44,782 nucleotides of DNA from Cellvibrionales bacterium (GCA_002726445.1 PBSZ01000059.1:1-44782), one strand, 5' to 3'; shown: positions 9,479-20,562, numbered from the stretch's first letter. A program made the numbers and translations. The notes: generated from the sequence alone by a model not told the origin.

Positions 9479-10705
9479 TTACCCGTTGTCAGAATTATCA
9501 GCAGGGCTAACTTGCTCAGCAATCAGTTGAATTAAGCGACGCGATAAGTGCCGCTTATTGGCTTTTTCAAGCTTGATTGCATCCTTAGGCGTGATGACCA
9601 CGACTTCATTATCGTCGGCAGCAAAACCAATATCACTGCGAGATACATCATTAACGACAATCATATTAAGCGATTTTCGTGCTAACTTAGCCCGCGCATG
9701 GGCGAGCAAATTTTCAGTTTCAGCCGCGAAACCCACAGAAAATAGTGAGCGATCACTTTCAGCAACAGACTTTAATATATCAGGGTTTTTAACCAAGTCT
9801 AATTGCATAGTCTCGATATCACTGGTTTTCTTTATTTTTTGCTCAGCCGCCGCAGAGGGCCGAAAATCAGCCACTGCCGCCGCCGCAATAAAAATTGATG
9901 CCGGCGCAGCGAACTGCTGGGCTGCCGCTAGCATTTGATCCGCTGAAATGACATCGATTCGCTCTACGCGATCAGGGGTCGATAAACTCACCGGACCCGC
10001 GATCAAGGTCACTTTGGCTCCTGCTTCGGCCGCCGCCTCGGCCAGTGCAAAGCCCATCTTGCCGGTCGAGAAATTACTTAAATAGCGAACGGGGTCAATT
10101 CTTTCACGGGTCGGCCCCGCCGTAATGACCACATGCTGACCAGTCAGTGTTTGTTGTTCAAATAAATCGCTAGCCGCCGCCACGATCGCTAAAGGCTCAC
10201 TCATTCGTCCGGCACCAATATCGCCACAGGCCTGCGCTCCATCGTCAGGTCCCACTAGGCGGTAGCCTCGCTGAGATAAAATCTGGCTGTTTTCTTGGGT
10301 TGCAGCGTCGCGCCACATGGCCTGATTCATCGCTGGCGCTAATAATACTGGCGCATCACTGGCTCGTAACAACGTGGTTAATAGATCATCCGCTCTTCCC
10401 TGCGCAAAACGCGCTAAAGCATCAGCGGTGACCGGCGCAACAATGATCGCATCAGCCCATCGGGCCAGCTCAATATGCCCCATCGCTGCTTCAGCATCAG
10501 CATCGAGCAAATCACTGTGGACGCGATTTGACGATACCGCCTGCAGAGTGAGTGGGGTGATAAACTCCATGGCTCCACGGGTCATAACCACCCGCACCTC
10601 AGCACCTGCATCGCGCAATCGGCGAACAACCTCAGGGCTTTTATAAGCCGCAATTCCGCCGGTAATACCGAGTAAAAGTCGTTTATTCTGCAACGTTTGC
10701 TTCAT
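9479..10705 (-). CDS. coaBC: Bifunctional phosphopantothenoylcysteine decarboxylase / phosphopantothenate-cysteine ligase
   Basis: [22 protein letters not shown] ... APAMNQAMW ... [25 protein letters not shown]. The ATG at 10705 gives ~408 aa. The 34-codon upstream extension in the track (to 10807) is Arg/Cys-rich and looks non-coding. Confidence 0.92.
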   Translation of the reverse strand: MKQTLQNKRLLLGITGGIAAYKSPEVVRRLRDAGAEVRVVMTRGAMEFITPLTLQAVSSNRVHSDLLDADAEAAMGHIELARWADAIIVAPVTADALARFAQGRADDLLTTLLRASDAPVLLAPAMNQAMWRDAATQENSQILSQRGYRLVGPDDGAQACGDIGAGRMSEPLAIVAAASDLFEQQTLTGQHVVITAGPTRERIDPVRYLSNFSTGKMGFALAEAAAEAGAKVTLIAGPVSLSTPDRVERIDVISADQMLAAAQQFAAPASIFIAAAAVADFRPSAAAEQKIKKTSDIETMQLDLVKNPDILKSVAESDRSLFSVGFAAETENLLAHARAKLARKSLNMIVVNDVSRSDIGFAADDNEVVVITPKDAIKLEKANKRHLSRRLIQLIAEQVSPADNSDNG

Positions 10706-10843
10706 GATTGAATATCGTACCGGCCATTGAGACAAAGTGAAGATGCCGCTGTCAAAACTGTCTCTCGAACAGCGACAACGCCTTCTAAAAGTCAGAGTAT
10801 AGCGCATCGGTGACCATGATTATCAATCTTATGAGGCAAATAT

Positions 10844-11527
10844 ATGACGATCAAAGACTGGCCGTTGGATGAAAGACCCCGTGAAAAACTGCTAGCTAAA
10901 GGCGCTGAAGCCCTGTCAGACGCGGAATTATTGGCTATTTTGCTACGCAGCGGCTATGCCAAGCAAACAGCCGTTGATTTAGCGCGTCAATTATTAGCCG
11001 CATGTGGCGGAGTGGCAGGTTTACGACAAGCCCGCTATCAAGATTTTAGCCGAATAAAGGGGCTTGGGATTAGCCACTTTGTTGCAGTACAAGCCGGCAT
11101 CGCGCTCGCCAATCGCGCCTTACTCAGCCCAATAAAAAAACGCCATGCGGTTGATAATATCGCCGCCACACGGGCTTTCTTGCTCAGCCAACTCAACTTT
11201 GAAGTGAGGGAAGTTTTTTGGGGACTGTTTTTAGACAGTCAATACCGTGTGATTGCCAGCCAAGCGCTCTTTTATGGCACCTTGAATCAGGCTAGCGTCT
11301 ATCCTAGAGAGGTACTCAATGCCTGCCTGCACCACCATGCAGCAGCACTAATTGTTGCCCATAACCATCCGTCGGGCATACTCAGCCCCAGCCAAGCCGA
11401 CATCGACATTACCTTGCAATTGCGCCAAGCATTGGCCCTGGTGGATATTAAACTACTCGACCACATTGTGGTGGCCGGCGGGAAAACCCTGTCATTGGCC
11501 GAAACCGGCCATTTTTACCCGTCTTAG
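10844..11527 (+). CDS. radC: RadC/YicR-family JAMM-motif protein
   Basis: ERPREKLLAKGAEALSDAELLAILLRSG and the JAMM motif VAHNHPSGILSPSQADIDIT. It is divergent from coaBC and upstream of rpmB-rpmG, as in E. coli. Confidence 0.87.
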   Translation: MTIKDWPLDERPREKLLAKGAEALSDAELLAILLRSGYAKQTAVDLARQLLAACGGVAGLRQARYQDFSRIKGLGISHFVAVQAGIALANRALLSPIKKRHAVDNIAATRAFLLSQLNFEVREVFWGLFLDSQYRVIASQALFYGTLNQASVYPREVLNACLHHHAAALIVAHNHPSGILSPSQADIDITLQLRQALALVDIKLLDHIVVAGGKTLSLAETGHFYPS

Positions 11528-11549
11528 GAAGCAGTTAAAAATGAAAACC

Positions 11550-11578
11550 TTGTGTTGTCAGCGCCATTCTGGTATAAA
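11550..11578 (+). promoter_or_regulatory. Candidate sigma70 promoter for rpmB-rpmG (TTGTGT-17 nt-TATAAA)
   Basis: Hexamers and spacing were read from the sequence, about 135 nt upstream of the rpmB ATG. This is a pattern match only. Confidence 0.3.
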
Positions 11579-11714
11579 GTCGCGCTCTTTTTAAGCCGTA
11601 GAGCATTGGCGTTTTACGGTGTAACACAACATGACGCATACCTTTAATTGTTAAGCTTTTTCAATAACTTAGCTTTTATATTCAATTATTTGGCAAATGC
11701 ATTGGAGAATCAAG

Positions 11715-11951
11715 ATGTCAAAAGTTTGTCAAGTAACGGGCAAGCGGCCCATAACCGGCAATAACGTTTCGCACGCAAAGAATCGCACTAAACGCCGATT
11801 TCTTCCTAATCTTCACCGTCATCGTTTTTGGCTTGAAAGCGAAAAGCGTTTTGTTAGTTTACGCGTGTCGTCAAAAGGCATGCGCATTATCGACAAAAAA
11901 GGCATCGAAACGATTGTTGCCGAATTACGTGGTCGCGGCGAAACCGTTTAA
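11715..11951 (+). CDS. rpmB: 50S ribosomal protein L28
   Basis: [39 protein letters not shown]; GGAGA lies 6 nt upstream of the ATG at 11715. The track start at 11697 adds 6 unlikely codons. Confidence 0.95.
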   Translation: MSKVCQVTGKRPITGNNVSHAKNRTKRRFLPNLHRHRFWLESEKRFVSLRVSSKGMRIIDKKGIETIVAELRGRGETV

Positions 11952-12019
11952 CTAATTACTATCGATCAGTTTAACTGATCTAATCAGATAAAGTGCACAG
12001 GCACTAAGAGACTGACATT

Positions 12020-12175
12020 ATGAGAGAGAAAATTCGATTAAACTCATCAGCGGGTACTGGCCACTTTTACACCACTGATAAAAATAAACGTACTATGCCT
12101 GAAAAAATGGAAGTTAAAAAATACGACCCTGTGGTGCGCAAGCATGTCATGTACAAAGAAGGCAAAATAAAATAA
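12020..12175 (+). CDS. rpmG: 50S ribosomal protein L33
   Basis: Below the size cutoff of the ORF track. Manual translation gives [51 protein letters not shown] (51 aa), a canonical L33 directly after rpmB. Confidence 0.93.
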   Translation: MREKIRLNSSAGTGHFYTTDKNKRTMPEKMEVKKYDPVVRKHVMYKEGKIK

Positions 12176-12191
12176 ATAGTTATTTTGGTCG

Positions 12192-12219
12192 AAAAAACCC
12201 GCCTTTAAGCGGGTTTTTT
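12192..12219 (+). terminator. Rho-independent terminator after rpmG
   Basis: AAAAAACCCGC-CTTTAA-GCGGGTTTTTT: a GC-core hairpin flanked by an A-run and a T-run, 17 nt after the rpmG stop. Confidence 0.65.
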
Positions 12220-12280
12220 ATTGCCTAAATAATCGTTCTAGGGGCATACTTTTGCCTCAACAAAAACGGTTTAAATGATC

Positions 12281-13096
12281 ATGCCAGAATTACCCGAAGT
12301 CGAAACCACCAAGCGCGGTATTAAAAACCACCTGGTTGGTAAAAAAATAAATCGTGTCGTCATTCGAGAGTCTCGTTTTCGCTGGCCGATTAGCCGTGGC
12401 TTTCGCCAAAAAGTTGATGGTCATACCGTCAGAGCGATAAGTCGTCGAGCTAAATATATTTTATTCCAGTTAGACCACGGTTACTTCATGATTCATCTCG
12501 GCATGTCAGGCAATCTTAGAATTGTTGATGCCAGCACCGCAATTAAGAAGCATGATCATGTCGACTTTCAATTAGCGACAGGAAAATGCCTTCGCTTTAA
12601 TGACCCTCGCCGATTCGGCTCTGTGCTTTGGTTAGGCTCTTCGCCATTTGAACATTCCTTACTGAGCAAACTTGGACCGGAACCCTTTGACCAGAGCTTT
12701 AACGGCGAGTATTTATTTCAACGCGCACGGAAAAAGAAAATTGCAGTGAAGAATTTCATTATGGATAATCATATCGTCGTTGGCGCCGGTAACATTTATG
12801 CAAACGAAGCATTATTCATTAGCGGCATCCGCCCTACACGACCGGCCGGAAAAGTCACTAAAGCAGAATGTCAGGCCTTAGTTGAGGCCATTATTATGGT
12901 GCTCAAAGCCTCGATTGAAATGGGCGGTACGACTTTAAAAGATTTTGTCGGCGGTGATGGCAAGCCAGGTTATTTTCAACAAACGCTTCGAGTCTACGAT
13001 AGAGAGCAGCAGCCGTGCAGAAAATGCAGCTCGCCAATTAAAGCGTTAAGGATTGGTCAGCGCAGCAGCTACTACTGCCCTCGCTGTCAAAAATAA
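12281..13096 (+). CDS. mutM: Formamidopyrimidine-DNA glycosylase
   Basis: MPELPEVETTKRGI (the catalytic N-terminal Pro requires the ATG at 12281, not 12275). The C-terminal zinc finger is CRKCSSPI...YYCPRCQ. Confidence 0.93.
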   Translation: MPELPEVETTKRGIKNHLVGKKINRVVIRESRFRWPISRGFRQKVDGHTVRAISRRAKYILFQLDHGYFMIHLGMSGNLRIVDASTAIKKHDHVDFQLATGKCLRFNDPRRFGSVLWLGSSPFEHSLLSKLGPEPFDQSFNGEYLFQRARKKKIAVKNFIMDNHIVVGAGNIYANEALFISGIRPTRPAGKVTKAECQALVEAIIMVLKASIEMGGTTLKDFVGGDGKPGYFQQTLRVYDREQQPCRKCSSPIKALRIGQRSSYYCPRCQK

Positions 13097-13099
13097 CGC

Positions 13100-14943
13100 C
13101 TATTTACCAACAGCTGTACCTTCTCGACGCGGATCAGCTAAACCTAACCATTGATCCTGTTTACGATAAATTAAGTGCAAGCCGCTGGTCTGATATTTCA
13201 CCTTTGGCCTGTGGCCCAACTCCGCTAGACCGTCAATCAGTGATGCAGGAGCGCCCTGTTCGACCTCTACGCCACGGCCGATACTGGTAATATGGGGCCG
13301 CTGTAATGCGTCCTCGGGTGCGCGGCCTAAAGCTAATACCTCATAAATAAACCCTGCGACATAAGGAATAATACGCTTACCGCCAGGCGAACCAATAATT
13401 AATACCGGCTGGTTATGCTGATCGAAAACAATCATCGGTGACATAGAGCTTCGCGGTCGCTTGCCGCCTTCGACACGATTAGCCACACGCTCTTGGTTAA
13501 CATCACGGGGTCTAAAAGAAAAATCAGTCAGTTGATTATTCAGCAAAAAACCTCCAACCATTAATCGAGATCCAAACGCTGTCTCGATACTGGTCGTCAT
13601 ACTCACCGCATTACCTAACTGATCAACAATGCTTAAATGGGTAGTCGATTCTAATTCTGGACTGTCCTGTGTCATGAAACGCGTCGCTGACGGAAGTGCA
13701 ATATCACCGGCCGCAACATCCGGCATAGCACGCTTTGAGCTGATTAGCTGAGCACGTTTAGCAAGATAGTCAGTTGCGAGTAACTGATTAACCGGCACGG
13801 AAATAAATTCTGGATCGGCCACATAGGTGTTTCTATCGGCGAAAGCTAATCGCAAGGCCTCAATAAAATAATGGGCAAGCAATGGGTTATTTTCAATCGG
13901 CTCCTGGCCCGCAACTAAAATCGGCTCAGCAAGCTGCTCAAGAATCAACAATGTCGCCAGCACCGTAGTTGCCCCCGATGAAGGCGGGCCCATACCACAG
14001 AGACGATAACTGAAAATCTGTCGGCAAACCGGCGCTCGCTCCACCGGTTGATACTCGGTGAAGTCTTTTGCTGTCAAATACCCGACATTATTATCTTGGT
14101 TAACGGCAGTAATTATTTTTTGCGTCAACTCGCTGCGATATAAGTAATCACCGCCTTGTTCGGCAAGCTTCTCTAAAGTTTGCGCATAATCTGGATTTTT
14201 TAATTGTGTGCCAATAGCCAATGGCTGACCTTGCTGGTCAAAAAAGTATTGCTTAATCTCATCGCGTTGTTTCACCTTAGGCACTAAGCGTAATAGCGTA
14301 TTAAGGCGCTCTGAAACAGCAAAACCTTGATCAGCCAACTGAATCGCTGGACTGAAGAGCTGCTGCCAATCCAACTCACCATGCTGTTGATGCGCCAACT
14401 CTAACATTTTCACTAAACCTGGAACGCCGACACTTTTCCCGCCAAGCACCGCTGAAAAAAACTTATCTGTCTGGCCCGACTCTGGGCTGAAAAATAAATT
14501 TTCATCAACACTTGAAGGTGCGGTTTCACGACCATCATAGCTCTGCAGTATTTTTTGTTTTGCGTCCCAGTACAGCAAAAACCCACCGCCACCAATGCCT
14601 GATGATTGCGGCTCAACCAAACCTAAAACTAATTGCGCGGCAATCGCCGCATCAATGGCTGTACCGCCTTGCAACAATATTTTTTTTGCCGCTGCAGTTG
14701 CATGAGGATTAGCAGTAACAACCATGAAATTATTACTGGTCGCCTTTTTTATAGGCTGGGCTTGATCCAAACTCTCGAGGTCAACGATCTGGCTGCTGGG
14801 TTCAGGCGGTAGATTATTATCTGCGGACTCTGTCAAAAAATCCGAGTTAAGTGGCCTAGGATGATCGACATCTTGACAAGCAAAAAGTAACAGTAAGGCT
14901 AAGCTAAGTAAAACCTTGTAGCGCTCAGCACTAGACCACTTCA

Positions 14944-14944
<1 letters not shown>
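13100..14944 (-). CDS. ggt: Gamma-glutamyltranspeptidase, exported; possibly a lipoprotein
   Basis: 614 aa. The N-terminal signal has LLLLFAC (borderline lipobox). The autoprocessing/nucleophile region is ESTTHLSIVDQLGNAVSMTTSIE, and GGFLLNNQLTDF is present. The start ATG shares one base with the coaD stop (TAATG). Confidence 0.9.
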
Positions 14945-15459
<515 letters not shown>

Positions 15460-15514
15460 TTAAACATTATTGCTTCGCGCCACAATCAATTAACGAAAAT
15501 GATAGTTTAAAGGC

Positions 15515-16114
15515 TTAACCACTGCCGACACAGAATAGTTGATAACTGACCTTTCCTGCCACTTTCTGCCGAAGATTCTGCCAGCGACTTGGCAGCGTGG
15601 CCAATGAATGCCCAGCGGCCTGCTCGACGTATATCAACGCATCTGCAGCTAAACAGCCTGATGCTTCTAACTCCATGGCCGTATTTGCCAATAGCTGATC
15701 TTGAAAAGGAGGATCGAGAAAAACAATATCAAACTGCGCGCTTGACTGCAGAGTCGAATACGCTTGCAACCATTGCGCTGCGCTTGAATGGACCGCAAAG
15801 CAATGATCGGTATTGAGCATGGCAGCGGTCTTGGTGAGGGATTCGATGGCCATCTTATGGCTATCGACCGCTGTAACATGTGCGGCCCCTCGGGATAAAG
15901 ATTCAAATGATAAGCTGCCGCTGCCAGCAAACAAGTCTAAGCAATGAGCCCCGTGCAGGTCATTTGCCAACCAATTAAACAGGGTTTCACGAATTCGGTC
16001 GGCAGTGGGTCGCAAACCTTGTGCATCGAGCACCGGTAATTTTCGACCTCGCCAATCACCGCCAATGATGCGAACCGAACGGCTTTGTCCCGGTCGCGAT
16101 TTTTGTGCCACCAT
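15515..16114 (-). CDS. rsmD: 16S rRNA (guanine966-N2)-methyltransferase
   Basis: RIIGGDWRGRKLPV, RPTADRIRETLFNWL, LDLFAGSGSLSFESLSRGA and FLDPPF. It is divergent from ftsY, as in E. coli. Confidence 0.88.
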   Translation of the reverse strand: MVAQKSRPGQSRSVRIIGGDWRGRKLPVLDAQGLRPTADRIRETLFNWLANDLHGAHCLDLFAGSGSLSFESLSRGAAHVTAVDSHKMAIESLTKTAAMLNTDHCFAVHSSAAQWLQAYSTLQSSAQFDIVFLDPPFQDQLLANTAMELEASGCLAADALIYVEQAAGHSLATLPSRWQNLRQKVAGKVSYQLFCVGSG

Positions 16115-16234
16115 TTGCTTGAAATTACCTCAGAAAAAACGCATTTTCAGCTATTGATTTTAACGATTAGTGATAGCATATCATCCATAAGCAAACGCTA
16201 TTGATAAATCGATAAAAAATAACTGAGAATACCT

Positions 16235-17242
16235 ATGTTGCGATTTCTTCGCCGCGGCGACAAGCCCTCACCTGATTCGGCTGCCGAGCAGGATATGCCG
16301 CCCCCAAGTGAGGGCAGTCTGCTTCAAAAGCTCTCTAAGCGCCTGACTAAAACCAGCCAAGCATTGGGTGATGGCTTAGGCCGCTTATTGCTGGGCAAAA
16401 AGGAGATTGATGATGAGCTGCTTGAGGAGATTGAAACCCAATTATTAATGGCCGATATTGGCATGGATACTACTCAGCGCATCATGAACAAGCTCGCTGA
16501 TGGCATTGAGCGCCAAGCATTGCTCGACTCCGACGCCCTTTATCAGCAACTTAAGGACGAGTTGGCTCTAACATTGAAGCCTAGTGAGCAAAGTTTCACT
16601 GTTAACTGTTCAGCCGGGCCCTTTGTTATCTTAGTGGTTGGCGTTAATGGTGCAGGAAAAACAACCACTATCGGTAAACTGGCTAAACGCTTTCAGCGGG
16701 AGGGCTTATCAGTGATGCTGGCAGCTGGCGATACCTTTCGCGCGGCAGCGGTTGAGCAATTGCAAGTCTGGGGAGAGCGAAATGATGTGCCCGTTGTGGC
16801 TCAACACAGCGGAGCAGACAGCGCATCCGTTATTTTTGACGCCCTTCAATCGGCAACAGCGAAACAGGTCGATATCCTTATTGCTGATACCGCCGGACGT
16901 CTGCACAATAAAGATAATCTGATGGAAGAGTTAAAAAAAGTCGTCAGGGTTATGGGTAAAATTGATCCATCGGCTCCGCAGGAGGTGTTATTAGTGCTCG
17001 ATGCTACCATGGGGCAAAATGCTGTTACCCAAGCCGAACAATTTCAGCAAGTGGTCGGCGTTACGGGGCTGGCAGTCACCAAGCTCGATGGCACTGCAAA
17101 AGGCGGCGTCGTGTTTGCCATCAGCGAGAAATTAGGCCTACCGATTCGGTTTATCGGTGTTGGGGAACAAATTGACGACTTACGTCCGTTTAACCAGCAT
17201 GAATTTGTCGAGGCAATTTTTAACCCTGAGGATGGCCAATGA
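16235..17242 (+). CDS. ftsY: Signal recognition particle receptor FtsY
   Basis: GVNGAGKTTTIGKLA, DTFRAAAVEQL, DTAGRLHN and TKLDGTAKGG. The stop overlaps the ftsE start (ATGA at 17239-17242). Confidence 0.93.
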   Translation: MLRFLRRGDKPSPDSAAEQDMPPPSEGSLLQKLSKRLTKTSQALGDGLGRLLLGKKEIDDELLEEIETQLLMADIGMDTTQRIMNKLADGIERQALLDSDALYQQLKDELALTLKPSEQSFTVNCSAGPFVILVVGVNGAGKTTTIGKLAKRFQREGLSVMLAAGDTFRAAAVEQLQVWGERNDVPVVAQHSGADSASVIFDALQSATAKQVDILIADTAGRLHNKDNLMEELKKVVRVMGKIDPSAPQEVLLVLDATMGQNAVTQAEQFQQVVGVTGLAVTKLDGTAKGGVVFAISEKLGLPIRFIGVGEQIDDLRPFNQHEFVEAIFNPEDGQ

Positions 17243-17973
17243 TTGCATTTGAACAGGTCACTAAGTGTTACGCCTCTGGTCAAGAAGCCCTAAGTGAGGT
17301 GAGCTTCTCAATAAAAACCGGTGAAATGGCCTTTGTAACCGGTCATTCTGGCGCAGGCAAGAGCACCTTGCTAAAACTCATGATGCTGATCGAACGGCCA
17401 ACTAAGGGGCATATACTTATTAACGACGTAGCCGTTGATGGGTTTAGTCATCGTCAAATTCCGCTGTTAAGACGCAAGTTCGGCATCGTTCATCAAAATC
17501 ATCAACTACTTTCCGATCGCTCTGTGTTTGATAACGTGGCATTACCCTTAATTATTGCTGGCTTCGCCCCTCGCGATGTAGGTCGCCGGGTCCGCGCTGC
17601 ACTCGATAAAGTGAATTTACTCAGTAAAGAAAAGCAATTGCCTGAGATGCTGTCAGGCGGCGAACAGCAGCGAGTCGGTATTGCTAGGGCCGTTGTTAAC
17701 AAGCCGGCCTTTTTAATCGCCGACGAGCCAACAGGGAATTTAGACCCAGAATTAAGCACACAAATCATGCAGATTTTCCAAGACTTTAACGATGTTGGCG
17801 TGACAGTATTAGTGGCAACCCACGATTTAGCGCTATTAGCGCGTATGCCGCACCGCTCGCTAACACTGCGCGAGGGAAAGTTAATTGGCTCAGGTCTGCC
17901 CTCATCATCGATGCATCACTCTTCCGCTCAACCGCATGATGCGGACCAGCCATTCGTTCAGGTCGATATTTAA
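17239..17973 (+). CDS. ftsE: Cell division ATP-binding protein FtsE, with a C-terminal tail of about 20 aa
   Basis: Walker A GHSGAGKST, ABC signature LSGGEQQRV and Walker B FLIADEPTGNLD. At 244 aa it is longer than the roughly 220 aa typical for FtsE. Confidence 0.93.
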   Translation: MIAFEQVTKCYASGQEALSEVSFSIKTGEMAFVTGHSGAGKSTLLKLMMLIERPTKGHILINDVAVDGFSHRQIPLLRRKFGIVHQNHQLLSDRSVFDNVALPLIIAGFAPRDVGRRVRAALDKVNLLSKEKQLPEMLSGGEQQRVGIARAVVNKPAFLIADEPTGNLDPELSTQIMQIFQDFNDVGVTVLVATHDLALLARMPHRSLTLREGKLIGSGLPSSSMHHSSAQPHDADQPFVQVDI

Positions 17974-17989
17974 GAGGTCAATAAATCCG

Positions 17990-18949
17990 GTGAAACCTTC
18001 CGTGCAAGCACAATCAGACACCGCGCAATCAGGCTTTATGGCTTGGCGGCAACATCATCGCTCGGTCGCAATCGAAAGCCTTGTCCGCTTAGCGAAACAC
18101 CCGCTGTCGAGTTTTGTCACCATGCTGGTCCTCGCTATCGCGATCACCTTGCCCAGCAGCTTAAATCTGGTGGTTCGTAATCTTTCGCATTTACTCGGAC
18201 CCGAGAGCAGCACACTTCAAATGAGCTTGTATTTATCGGCCAATGTCACTGCCAGCGAAGCTCAGCAACTGGCCAGTCAACTGCAGAGCTGGCCAGAGAT
18301 TAATCAAGCAGTTTATGTCTCGCCAAGCGAGGCGAAACAAATGTTTGAGCAACGGGAAGGCTTTGAGGGACTCATCGATAGCCTGCCGACTAATCCTCTA
18401 CCCGGGTTAATCACTCTCAGCGTAAAAAGCGCGACTCTCAGCGCCGAGCAGGCCGATAATATTGAACGTAAAGCCATACAGCTCAACGGCGTTGCCAGTG
18501 TGAAAATGGACTTGCAATGGTTTCAAAAGATCAGTGCCATCGTGGTATTACTGAATCAGCTCGCTACTGGACTGGCTATTTTGCTAGCCACCGGTGTCAT
18601 GCTGGTGGTTGGCAATACGATTAAACTGGCTATCGATAGTCGTCGTGAAGAAATTATCGTCATCAAACTGATTGGGGCAACCAATGCCTTTATTCGACGA
18701 CCTTTTCTCTATCTTGGACTTTGGTTAGGTCTGGGGGCGGCCCTGTTAGCCGTTTTGCTGAGTAAAATAAGTGAATATGCGCTCACTTATGCAGTAAGCT
18801 CATTGATCGATGCTTATGGTGCAAACGTCACACTGTTAACCTTGGGCCTTAATGATGGCTTACTACTATTAGCCGGTGGCGCCAGCCTTGGCTTAGCCGG
18901 CGCTTGGCTTGCCGCTAACCATCATATTCGTAGCTTAGAGCCTCAATAA
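17990..18949 (+). CDS. ftsX: Cell division permease-like protein FtsX (start uncertain)
   Basis: Four-TM FtsX topology with LIGATNAFIRRPFLYLG. The track ORF starts at 17885 and would overlap ftsE by 89 nt. An in-frame GTG at 17990 follows AAGAGG (17974-17979) just after the ftsE stop. ATGs at 17936/17939 are alternative starts. Confidence 0.82.
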   Translation: MKPSVQAQSDTAQSGFMAWRQHHRSVAIESLVRLAKHPLSSFVTMLVLAIAITLPSSLNLVVRNLSHLLGPESSTLQMSLYLSANVTASEAQQLASQLQSWPEINQAVYVSPSEAKQMFEQREGFEGLIDSLPTNPLPGLITLSVKSATLSAEQADNIERKAIQLNGVASVKMDLQWFQKISAIVVLLNQLATGLAILLATGVMLVVGNTIKLAIDSRREEIIVIKLIGATNAFIRRPFLYLGLWLGLGAALLAVLLSKISEYALTYAVSSLIDAYGANVTLLTLGLNDGLLLLAGGASLGLAGAWLAANHHIRSLEPQ

Positions 18950-19098
18950 GCACTTTCCTCTGACTAAGCTATTTATTTCATTAGTGTTTTTCTAAATTGG
19001 CGCTCTAGTCCCAAGGGTGTTAAAATGATCGGCCATTTTGAGTATTTTTTGATCTTTATGGGTTTAAAAATTTATTTTCGTCTCCATCATAAAAATGT

Positions 19099-19125
19099 GA
19101 ACGAAATAAATGCATGGCTTTCTCA
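19099..19125 (+). promoter_or_regulatory. Candidate sigmaE-type promoter upstream of rpoH (GAACGA-16 nt-TCTCA)
   Basis: The pattern resembles the E. coli rpoH P3 architecture (GAACTT-16-TCTGA, from memory). A second GAAC motif follows at 19132. It lies about 100 nt upstream of the rpoH ATG. This is a pattern match only. Confidence 0.3.
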
Positions 19126-19226
19126 TGCTGTGAACTAAAACCATATTACCGCCGTAAATTACTGGTACTCTCAATTTTGATCGGCAATAAGCGAGAAACA
19201 AGAGAACCCACTGATAACTGCATGAC

Positions 19227-20087
19227 ATGATGAATACGCAACTTCAAACTATCCCAACCCTCACTCCTGGTGGCAATGTTAATGCCTATATCCAGACGGT
19301 TAGCGGTTTTGATATCTTATCGCTTGAGCGCGAACAGGCCTTGGGCCAGCGCCTTGCATACGAGGACGATTTAGATGCTGCGCGTGAATTAGTTATGGCG
19401 CATCTACGGTTTGTGGTTCATATTGCCAAGTCTTACAACGGCTACGGCTTAGGTCTGGCTGATTTAATTCAAGAAGGCAATGTTGGCTTGATGAAAGCAG
19501 TGAAACGCTTTGATCCCAGCAAGGGCGTGCGCCTAGTCTCCTTTGCCGTTCACTGGATCAAAGCTGAGATCCATGAATATATTTTGCGTAATTGGCGCAT
19601 CGTCAAAATTGCCACCACCAAAGCCCAGCGTAAGTTATTCTTTAACTTGCGCGGTGCTAAAAAAAGCCTCTCATGGTTAAGCAATGATGAAGCATCTGCG
19701 ATTGCCAATGATTTGGGCGTCAACCTGAAAGACGTACAGCAAATGGAAGGCCGTTTAGCCTCCCACGACATGGGTTTTGATGCGCCAGCCGATGCTGACG
19801 ACGAAGCGGCCAGTTATGCGCCTGCTCACTACTTAGAAGATCATAGTCAAGACCCTGCCCTGACCGTTGAAAACAATCAATTCGATAATCTGCAAGTTGA
19901 TCAACTGCGCAGTGCTCTCAAAGTGCTTGACGAACGCAGCCTAACCATCCTTCAAGCTCGGTTCTTAAATGAAGATAACAAGGCAACGCTTCATGAATTA
20001 GCCGACCAATTTCAGGTCTCAGCTGAGCGTATCCGCCAGCTAGAAAAGAATGCCCTGAAAAAATTAAAACTCGCAATGGTTGCCTAA
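19227..20087 (+). CDS. rpoH: RNA polymerase sigma-32 (heat-shock sigma factor)
   Basis: LIQEGNVGLMKAVKRFDP and the RpoH box QRKLFFNLR. The gene lies downstream of ftsYEX, as in E. coli. Confidence 0.94.
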   Translation: MMNTQLQTIPTLTPGGNVNAYIQTVSGFDILSLEREQALGQRLAYEDDLDAARELVMAHLRFVVHIAKSYNGYGLGLADLIQEGNVGLMKAVKRFDPSKGVRLVSFAVHWIKAEIHEYILRNWRIVKIATTKAQRKLFFNLRGAKKSLSWLSNDEASAIANDLGVNLKDVQQMEGRLASHDMGFDAPADADDEAASYAPAHYLEDHSQDPALTVENNQFDNLQVDQLRSALKVLDERSLTILQARFLNEDNKATLHELADQFQVSAERIRQLEKNALKKLKLAMVA

Positions 20088-20173
20088 GCTCACTATCCTG
20101 TTCTACTCCCTACTCGCATAAGCCCTTGTAACCCAAGCATAGTATTGTTTGGCGTTAAAAATAGGATGATTAA

Positions 20174-20560
20174 ATGGCCAAACGCTTTATTCAATTTGCT
20201 GCACTGAATGGCTTGTTAGCGGTAATGCTGGGAGCTTTTGGTGCCCATGCCTTGCGGGGAGAATTAACCGCCGACTTGATGCATGCGTATGAATCCGCGG
20301 TGCAATATCATTTTTGGCATGCTTTGGCCTTGTTATTTATCGGCTTACTAATAATTCAAAATAGCGATAATCGATACTTAATCGCCAGCGGTATCTTTTT
20401 CGCATTGGGTTTGGTGCTGTTTTCAGGCTCTTTATATTTTCTTGCTATTAGCGATATTCGCTACATTGTTGGCATGCCGATCGGCCTTATTACTCCCGTT
20501 GGAGGCTTGATGTTTATCTTCGCGTGGTTACTGCTATTGATCGCAAGTCTTAAGCTTTAA
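20174..20560 (+). CDS. DUF423 (YgdD-like) small inner-membrane protein
   Basis: 128 aa, four hydrophobic segments, with the family-typical LGAFGAHAL and QYHFWHALAL motifs. Confidence 0.75.
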   Translation: MAKRFIQFAALNGLLAVMLGAFGAHALRGELTADLMHAYESAVQYHFWHALALLFIGLLIIQNSDNRYLIASGIFFALGLVLFSGSLYFLAISDIRYIVGMPIGLITPVGGLMFIFAWLLLLIASLKL

Positions 20561-20562
20561 CC

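Noticed and set aside
10706-10807. 34-codon N-terminal extension of coaBC (MRYTLTFRRRCRCSRDSF...)
   Set aside because: The extension is not part of the flavoprotein fold. The canonical N-terminus [22 protein letters not shown] starts at 10705. The polA extension (32275..32364) and the DUF4426 extension (23514..23675) were trimmed for the same reason.
11352-11594. 80-aa ORF overlapping the 3' end of radC
   Set aside because: It is an alternate frame of radC, has no RBS and gives a Trp/Pro-rich translation.
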